Shown here: positions 55,361 through 64,000 of the stretch, in pieces
Position numbering within the stretch: position 1 is the first letter of the stretch
Layout: each line of letters starts with the position of its first letter
NCBI GenBank assembly: GCA_012295275.1
Contig: CM022673.1
Coordinates: 16,926,001-16,990,000 of the forward strand
DNA length: 64,000 nucleotides
Direction: 5' to 3'
Origin: Chrysomallon squamiferum
Taxonomy: Eukaryota; Animalia; Mollusca
The notes under the pieces: generated by a model
Seen by the model: only the letters and a program-made list of their open reading frames with translations
Told to the model about the DNA's origin: nothing
Database searches by the model: none
Made by a program: the position numbers and the translations under genes

Positions 55361-57125
55361 AAAAACACGTGCAATTCATCAACAATGACATTTACAGTAT
55401 CATGTGTGTACATTCAAAAAGCTATAAATACTTGTAAAAATGTCCAAACAGCAAGCACAGAAGATACACATGTCTGTGTTAAAACATAAATAGAACATTC
55501 ACCACTCATATATGTTAGTAACAGGTGCAATATTGGTATTTATTACATAGTTAAGTATATATATATATATATTTATATTATATATATAAAAGAGGCTATA
55601 ATATACTAATACAAAGATACATCAATAACGTTTTGTCAAGATAATAATAAACTTCAAAAAACAAATAAAAATTTATTATCCTAATGCATATTTATACAGC
55701 ACACTGTTAGAAGAAAAAGAAAAAAAAAAAAAAAAAAAAATTTAAAAGAAAAGAAGAAAAGAGAAAGACATAAGCCACTTTACATTTTTGCAGAAAAAAT
55801 AACAGTAAACTGATGCTGACATTTTGTGCCTAGCATAGCAAACAGATTAAAAAAAGAATTATACAGGATTTTTTTTTAAACTCTTGCCTATAGAATACCT
55901 GTAAACAGATGAACTGTGACGGAAAGGTAGGTGAATGGTGTGTGTATTAGCCCATATCAACACAAACAAAAAACGATCGTACTGAATTACAAAACCACCT
56001 GTTTTCTTTCGCAAACCAACATCACTGATAGACATGCTGTTTTAAAATTATTTTAAGACTTTCGGCAAGTTTTCCCGTGAACAGAAAACACTGACAATTT
56101 TTATTTCCTCTTTATTCCACCTGTGTGTGTGAAAATGTGACAAAAAGGGACAGTTGAAATGCTCAATGTAAACCTGAGACTCGGTCATCAATAACGATCC
56201 TTCATGCATAAAACAGCTCAGAGGTGGTCCCTGTTTTACCTGTGTTTTTAACCTGTGTCCTCAACTTTTTCAAAGATGAAATTCTAAGATAGCTTAAAGT
56301 CACCCATCCATTAAAAAAAGACAAAAACCCCCATTCTTTTGTTCCTGTCTATCCAAAGTAAAATGAACAGTGTGATAACATAATTATTTACACAGATTCA
56401 CTCACAACAGTGGTCTGTCCTCTCCAGTACAGATAAATCTCCACAGAGGATGGGTGGTAAATAAACTATTATCTGTCTATCTAACAGATACCATAGATAT
56501 TTCATAGGCTCAAAAATCAGTTACAATTTCCCCCAAAAAAAAGAAAAAAAAAAAGTTTCAAGATTTCAAAAGAATATTATTATATCTTTCAGGTTATCTT
56601 GATATTTGTGATATGTGATATAAATTGGTACATTAAAAGAATGATAAAAAGTAATTGATAATGAAAGTTCAAAAATTGTTAAAAAAAGTATATAAAGTAG
56701 ATAAGAAAAAAAAAATAAGAAAAACACTGAAAACAGTGACATACAGGTCATACATATGGGCATACAAAACAAAACTAATGATTTAAAAAATAATTTATAA
56801 TTAAATTAACAAACTGAAGAAAATAAATTTGGCAGTAATTATTTAATTTAAGAAAAAAAATCCTAAAATAGTTATTTTTATACCCACTAGAACACAGGAC
56901 AAAAATAATAACAGAATTATTTAAATTCTTTAATTTAAAATGGTTGAGATACATGTTGAACATGTAGTCATAAATAACCTGTTATGAAACTCTGAATGTA
57001 ATTACCACAAATCATAAACAGTAAAAACATCACAGCTGTAACTAGATTAACTAGTTTTGCCTTGAATCTATAGACAGGTCTCATACTTATTAATTACAGT
57101 GAACAAATACAACAAAGTGATAGAC

Positions 57126-57131
<6 letters not shown>

Positions 57132-57198
<67 letters not shown>

Positions 57199-57204
57199 GA
57201 GAGA
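57132..57204. repeat. (AG)n microsatellite
   Basis: Directly visible. Confidence 0.97.
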
Positions 57205-57469
57205 ATGAATACATTTTTGTTTTAACATTACCTAATTATATTTCAATGGACAGTTACCAAGTATGAAACATTATTATGTCATTATGATGTTATATTTATT
57301 TATTTATTATAGTTTTTTATAAATCTTATGAGAAAGAAATCATTACTGACTTTTCTTATAAATTAGCAACTGTATACATTGGTATACATTGGTATATATT
57401 GGTATACATCTTTCCATTAGGGAAATAATAATACTAAAAAAAAGAAAAGAAAAAAAAGAATAACAAAAA

Positions 57470-57590
57470 TTATGCTATCCAATCATGGGGAACAGGTTGG
57501 AACTGGAAACAGCCAAGTAAGATTACCAGTTTGATCCATCACCCCTTAGCCAAACACCTTCTTTAACATAGCTACAGCCCACTTCAGTTA
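57470..57590 (-). mobile_element. Decayed SINE 5' fragment
   Basis: ccaatcatgggg..caggttggaactggaaacagccaa...ttgatcc...agctacagccc resembles the reverse of the SINE head. Confidence 0.35.
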
Positions 57591-60477
57591 ACAAACCTAT
57601 TAATAACAGTCTGGTTTGTGTTAGGTAATTCACAGGCAGAAATAATCAGTCAAATAATAATAACCTAACCAAAATACCAGCCCAACAAAAATATGTAAAC
57701 ATTTACACAGATACAATATCAGAAAGATATAGTTTAAATATAGTTTAAATCCTTCCAAGCTAAAAAGATGGTACTTGAGTTCAAGTAAGGAAATAAAGAA
57801 TGTATTTGATGTGCTGTTGTGTAATATATTTTGGTATGCCATACTTCATGTTGCTGCTGGTAATATAATTGGAAGAGTGAGTACACTAGAGATGTCACAC
57901 ACAAAACTCACTAATCCTCTTATTCTAGTAGAAGATGGACTTGTCTGCATTATAAATAATATATGTTTATGCATGACAGAGGTAATATATCAAACTAACC
58001 CAGGCAATATCAGCTTGTATTACATACTTCTTTATACTAAGAATATCTTAACACAGATCCTGACAACTTAATGCACAGCAATTTAACAATGTGCATTGCA
58101 AGAGTTTTTGTTTACCTAACCTAAAAAATTTGCTACTTTGTCAAAAAAAACAAAATGAAAAAAAACAACAAACAAACAAAAATTACATGTTAACAATGAT
58201 ATTTTAGAGAAAGGTTGTTACTTTGTTAATAACTTTGGCAGGTAATGTATATTACATCTTAAACAAGCTAGTACCAATTATAATTAAGCAATAAATATTC
58301 AGTGAAAGAAAAGTCAAAACTGACTTTAACTGCATTGTATTTAAAATACATTAGATTTTAAAAAGAGTGGAATCAAATTAAAATTAAACTAAAAAATATA
58401 TACTCAGTCTATGTAGAATTTTCATATAAATTTCCATAAATATTAATGATTATGCAATCAATAAGGTGAGACAGAATTTATATTGAAACAAAATTTATGT
58501 TTTAAAATAAATGTAAATTTTTTAATAATGGCCATTTGATCAATGCTTATGAAAGTCTACTGGACTTTTTTTTCCTAATCCAACTATTGTATATAAGAGG
58601 CTCTGGTTTGTGCTTTCCTGTTATTAAATCTTGGGTGAGAGGTCAAATAACTGAAACATTTACTAAATACCATAACATGGTCAGAAATGTGAGAGAAACA
58701 TTAACTTTTCCAGCTTCCAATAGTCACCCCTCCTCAAACCCATAATCACCTACTTTTCTGACAATTAAGGAAAGAAAAAACAACAACATGAAAACCAGCA
58801 CAGTTTGATGTACAGTGGAGACAATAAAATTATGAGCTGTTATTCCAAACACAAACATGTTGTGCAGCCATAAAGAACTGTTTGTGCTCACAGCAACAGC
58901 ATATCCACACAAAATCTACGTCCATTCAGAATTTACTATCCACCACTTGAAGATAACGCTTAGTAGACACCGTAGGTAGATGAATACATTTGCTAACATT
59001 AAAGTTTAAATCATGTTGTTGCATGTCATATATTCTGATATTACACACCTTACAAATACCTAGTTTTATATCACAGCATGGGTGGACTGTTCATTGTAAA
59101 ATTTATATTGAATTTTTAAACATTTTCTTAACAAAGATTAAAATAAATTTTTTTTACTCAGAATTAAATATTCAGTAAATGATGAATTATTAATAATTTT
59201 AAAAGTCTGTTGCACAACAAACTATATGTAAATTTTTATGACACTTTCCAATATACTCTAAGACACAGCAGTTTTTAATTGTTTCCTCAACATTGTTGGT
59301 TGAACAATACATGAATTTATTTGATATGCAATAATAAATAATAAATAAAAACAGCACATTATTTATAAAGACTGAGTGCATGATAAAAAAAAAAATAATA
59401 ATAATAATTATAATAATAATAATACAAAAAAAAATTTTTTTTTTTTTTTTTAATTAAAATATTTTAAAGCTGATTTATTTAAATACACATACAGCCAAGG
59501 ACACAGAATGTATGTATTCATGCCAGGTGTACATGCATATATGTGTATGAATGTGTTTAGATGTGCATGACAAGGTGTATGTGTATGTGCATATATCAAT
59601 GTGCTTGACTATAAATCTGTACTGTGAATATGTTTCTATAATTATTTATTCTTTAACTGAAGAAAAAAGGATGCAGAGAGAAAAAGAGATAAACAAGAAG
59701 ATAGAAACTTGCTGAACAAGACTTTAACTGGTCAAAGTATTCTGACATTTTATCACTGCAGATAAAAACAAAACAGATTAATTTGTAGTCATGATAATAC
59801 TGAAATTAAACAAAACTTGCGCTGTAAATATACACTGATTAAATATTATATTTAAATTTGTATCAGTATCTGTTTATGATAATAGTATGAAATAAAGCAA
59901 GTCAGATGCATTTACACCTGTTTCATGTTCATATAATTCAGTTAATATCAGTTTTTATTTATGATATATTAATATGAGTAATTGTACATGATTTAATTCA
60001 TATTAAAATGGCATTAATACAATGCATTTTAGATAGATCTGATATTACAGCCAACTGATAACTATCTCATTGTCTAATGAACCATGTAAAAGGCTTTTCA
60101 TAAAGACTTTCACCTTTAAATATTCATAACATCTGTCACAGATAGCAAATTTGTCACAGACTGAGTCACAGTGTTTATCTGTGACATATCTTGAGTATTT
60201 GGGCTGGTACTTTTCTGTATGTGACACAAGTCTGTTAATTAAAACAATCTATTATTACAGAGGTCCTGTAATATAACATTTGTAGAGAAATTCTTGCACA
60301 ACTTTAGAACATTTATTTTATTGAAACAATATTAAATTATTGTGATATGGATTCTTTCATGTGAATGAACAAGTCTGGAATTTAAAAATTTTTTTTTTTT
60401 ACAAGTTTTATTTTATTTCTGTAGGAATAAACATTTAACTTATTGGAATCTGTTTTCTTATCACATTTTATCACATA

Positions 60478-60592
60478 AAATTCTCTGGCTAATGGATTTA
60501 CTTATAAAAGCCATATCAGATGACTTCCATATCTCCCCTGATATTACATCTTTGGGTTTCCATTCCTTTGGGGATTTGTAAAAAATAATTTG
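60478..60592 (+). mobile_element. Tc1/mariner-superfamily transposase relic (pseudogenised C-terminal catalytic motif)
   Basis: Across stops and frameshifts reads KFSG*WI...IR*LPY-SPDITSLGF-FLWGFVKNNL, matching the FPGRWIG..WPPRSPDLTPLDFFLWGYVK motif. Confidence 0.55.
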
Positions 60593-61211
60593 ACTTAGAC
60601 ATCAAAGTCAATGTGATTTCATCAGCAGAATACATTGGCCAATACTTGGCATCAGCTACAATATCATAAAGAAACCGATTATGGAACAAAAGAAAACTTC
60701 ACTTTACTTTACAAGAACTATTTATAAATATTGTTTGTTGATCTACAATGATTTAATATAATATGGTATAATGATATATTCTATATCTCTTTCTCTTAAC
60801 TTTGCCTGATATTGCTTGACATCTATTTTTTCTCAATCACTGTCATTAACAATCTTTTATTGATATCCTCTTTTTCAGTATCTCTATCCTTTATCTAGTT
60901 TTGTTTGACATCGACATTTTCCATCTCTCCCTCCTTTAATAATCTTTGCTTGATAGCAACATCTTTCCATCCTTTATCTATCTAAGCTTGAAATCTATGT
61001 TGTGTAAATCTATATCCATCATTATTCTTTGCTTGGTATCAACATTTTCTATCTTTCCTTAATTCTTTTTATTCCACCCAGAATACCTATCTTTTCACAC
61101 TTATGGGGAATTATGAGAAATGGTCACTTTAAAAAAACCAGATTAGTATTTTATTTTTTTAACTAGACGTGACATGTCATAAACTGAGTGAAAAGACAAG
61201 ACAGCACTTAC

Positions 61212-61391
61212 CGATGGTGAATGAGAGTAACTACCATATGCTGCTGGGTGTGGTGTGGTGTACTGTACTCCTGGGTTCAGGTAGTACGAGGTGGGGTTCC
61301 AGGAGTTCTGGTGATTGGGATATCCTGAGCTGGCCAGATTGGTAGTTGGTGACATAGTATTAGACTTGGGGTTGTGTACTGCTCGTGTTTG
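61212..61391 (-). CDS. shep: Internal 180-nt coding exon (phase 0/0), probably the N-terminal region of an alan shepard / RBMS-family RNA-binding protein
   Basis: Acceptor attgttttattttcag, donor TCG|gtaagt. 60 aa QTRAVHNPKSNTMSPTTNLASSGYPNHQNSWNPTSYYLNPGVQYTTPHPAAYGSYSHSPS. Motif order MSP..LA..Y..SW.P..Y..YT.P.P.AY..Y resembles Drosophila Shep as recalled (not searched). The exon call is strong; gene identity is moderate. Confidence 0.7.
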
Positions 61392-61909
61392 CTGAAAATA
61401 AAACAATAATGTTAAACAACACACTTGTGAAAACTGTGTGCTTGTATGTACATGTGCACATATACAGTTCTAACATCACTGACTGATACGCACATGTTTT
61501 ACATATCATACAGTAGGAATACACATCATATCTTTAAAAATAGATGTGTTTATTTAAAACAAAATTTTTATTACCTCAGAAAAATTGTATTAGAATGTGT
61601 AAATGAATAATAAATGGTTAATAAAATAAGTAATTCAAATCTGGCAAAATAAAGCTATCATTGTAAATGTTAACCATTTTTAATATTTGTATGTGCATCT
61701 ATTTTTAATATTTGTATGTGCATCTGTAAAACTGCTTCCTTTTACCTCCTCAGGTATGACTGAATATTTAATTAATTCTGTCACAATACAATTTATTATT
61801 AATTTTTATTAGGTGTCAAATATTTTGTTTGTGTATCTCTGTGTGTGTGTGTGTGTATATGTATATGTGTGTGTGTGTGTTTGTGTTTCATAATGATATG
61901 ATAATAAAG

Positions 61910-62093
61910 AAAACTCTGATTTGTTATTCCATGGGCTACAGGTATTAATTAGAAGCCAGTTATATATATATATATACACACACCATTCAACAGACTATAA
62001 TGTCAAATTGGTTAGAATAGAAATAGCTAACAAGATTTGAACCAGGGATCTCTAAGGCTTAACATTTTAAAAAATAAGCTATACCCCGCTCCC
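61910..62093 (-). mobile_element. Decayed SINE copy
   Basis: ccatgggctac...attagaagc...caccattcaacagac...ggttagaatagaaatagc...gatttgaacc...agctataccccgctccc. Confidence 0.5.
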
Positions 62094-62279
62094 TTTTACT
62101 TCTGGGAAGTTTAAGATGTTGTAGCTGCAGCACAGGACTGTCACATCAAATCAAAAAGTACTAAAATTTCTTTTCTTTTTCATCCTTAACTTTGTGCTAC
62201 ATTAAACCAATGTCTGGTTTTTATCACCAGTGTTGTACAAATTAGAACAATGTTCAAAGATCACAGACCTAGACTAGCA

Positions 62280-62430
62280 AGATGGGAGTTGGCCTGGGCC
62301 TTTGAAGACTTGGTTCCGTTTGATAGTTTGGCCTGCAGATGTTTTAGCCAGTTACAAGTATATGAACCAGTTCATTGGGGATATTTAGGAGAAGATGATA
62401 AATCTGACTTTGATGTAATGCTCCAGTGAG
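62280..62430 (-). mobile_element. Possible ancient LINE reverse-transcriptase fragment
   Basis: Broken frames give LEHY...MNWF..L...QAKLSNGTKSSKAQANS, resembling the segment preceding GVPQG in CR1/L2-type RTs; weak. Confidence 0.25.
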
Positions 62431-63098
62431 ACATGAAACAAACTAAGCCCACAAAGAAGATCACAAGTACATATTTTTACTGTAGGAAAAAAATAAAATA
62501 AAATAAAATAAAACTAAAAAATAAAATTCCATTTCTCTTGTTTAGACAAGCAATATGTTACTTTGACTTCTGTGTCAAGAACTAAAAACAAGAGATAACA
62601 AATTAGGAAGTAAAACAAAAAGTGAGAGAGAAAAAAAAAAAAACAAAAACCAACTATTTTGATGTGTGCAATATGAATAACAACAAATTTTCAACAAATA
62701 TGTTGTGTATGTGTGTCAGTTTTATCTGTGCATATTTGTTTTTTCTGTTTCTGCATGTATAAAATTTTAAATACTTTTGCTTTTTCTGAAAGGTTTTAAA
62801 AGGTATAACACAATAGGCATACTCAGCTTCTGTGAATGAAGGTGTACTGGGTGCTGGGTGTGGTGTCCAACACAACAGTATGAGATGTATTAAATACCAG
62901 TGATATATACCTTTGATCAAGCAGTGTTTTGAAAAAGTGAAAGAAAGTGTACACACCCAATGTATTTCTGGGAATATCTGCATAATATAATACATGTTAT
63001 TTTACAGATACAGATGTATGTACATGTGTGTGTGTGTGAATGTGTGTTTGTTTGTGAGTGTTGTTTATTTATTTATTAATCTTTTAATTATAATGTAT

Positions 63099-63100
<2 letters not shown>

Positions 63101-63190
<90 letters not shown>
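63101..63190. repeat. (CT)n(AT)n compound microsatellite
   Basis: Directly visible. Confidence 0.97.
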
Positions 63191-63193
<3 letters not shown>

Positions 63194-64000
63194 AATAATA
63201 ATAATAAAAGCAATATTTTTAAAAATTTAAACTTTTAAAAACAAATTAAACAACTATCAGTGATTTGTATTCTTCATCTTCTTCCAAGACTTTATTTCTA
63301 ATTAAGCAAACAGGAAATGATAAACTGGGCAGTTTGAATATTCTTCTAATTAACTGCTATATTTAGAACAGTTTACACTCCAAACAAAGTAATGTAAACC
63401 ATAAGTATTACAGTTGCTAGGATAAGTAAACAGCTATTAGGTAATCCAGCTGATTTGTTCATACAAGTTTAATTAAACAGTAAAACAGACATTGCCAAAT
63501 TAGTGTATGATGTATCAAGTGTTTTATCTAACCAAAAACATAAAAAATAGAAAATAAAAGATGTATTAAATATAAAATTAAATATAATTGTCAAAACACT
63601 TTATATTAGGGTGTACAGACAATGTAATGTATATAAATGTGTGAATGTATGTATATATATATGTATTTCTCTGAGAGTGTGTGTGTGTTTTGTGTATGCC
63701 TCTATATATGCATACATGAAAATGTTTCACATATAGAACTATTTTTCCAAAATTAATTCTTCTTCTTCTTTATTAACTGAAAATACAAAGATTAATTATT
63801 AAAGAAAAACACAATTAGGAGTCATCACTTGCTGAAATAAAATAACTAGCGATGCGAACTGACTTAGTCTTTAAAGACTTTTTGATGAAATAATCCATTA
63901 CCTTTTTCCCCCTTAAAACAGAATCTTTTATATTCTTGGCACCACAAAAAATCCCAATAAAAAAGAAAGAAAAGAACTCATGTAAGTCTGTTATCTGATG

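Noticed and set aside
502-63230. Most ORFs in the supplied track (poly-CV, HT, YI, F, N)
   Set aside because: Translations of microsatellites and AT-rich low-complexity DNA, many with non-ATG starts, with no splice support or domain motifs

Overview
AT-rich, strongly CpG-depleted, microsatellite-dense animal DNA, not prokaryotic. The decayed SINEs look molluscan, probably gastropod (inference from recalled consensus). Almost all listed ORFs are translated simple repeats. The window is best read as the interior of one very large minus-strand gene. A clean 180-nt phase-0 exon at 61212-61391 encodes a Y/P/S/T-rich peptide resembling the N-terminal region of Drosophila alan shepard (Shep; RBMS/MSSP RNA-binding family); no RRM exon is visible here. 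The ~61 kb downstream holds several phase-0 candidate alternative first exons, some with CpG clusters and two ending ATG|GTAAGT. It also holds candidate frame-preserving microexons (33, 12, 33, 9 nt) and a consensus recursive-splice (ratchet) site, CAG|GTAAGT, at 26904-26912. The rest is mini/microsatellites, decayed SINEs and transposon relics. All splice calls are read from sequence motifs only and need RNA-seq.
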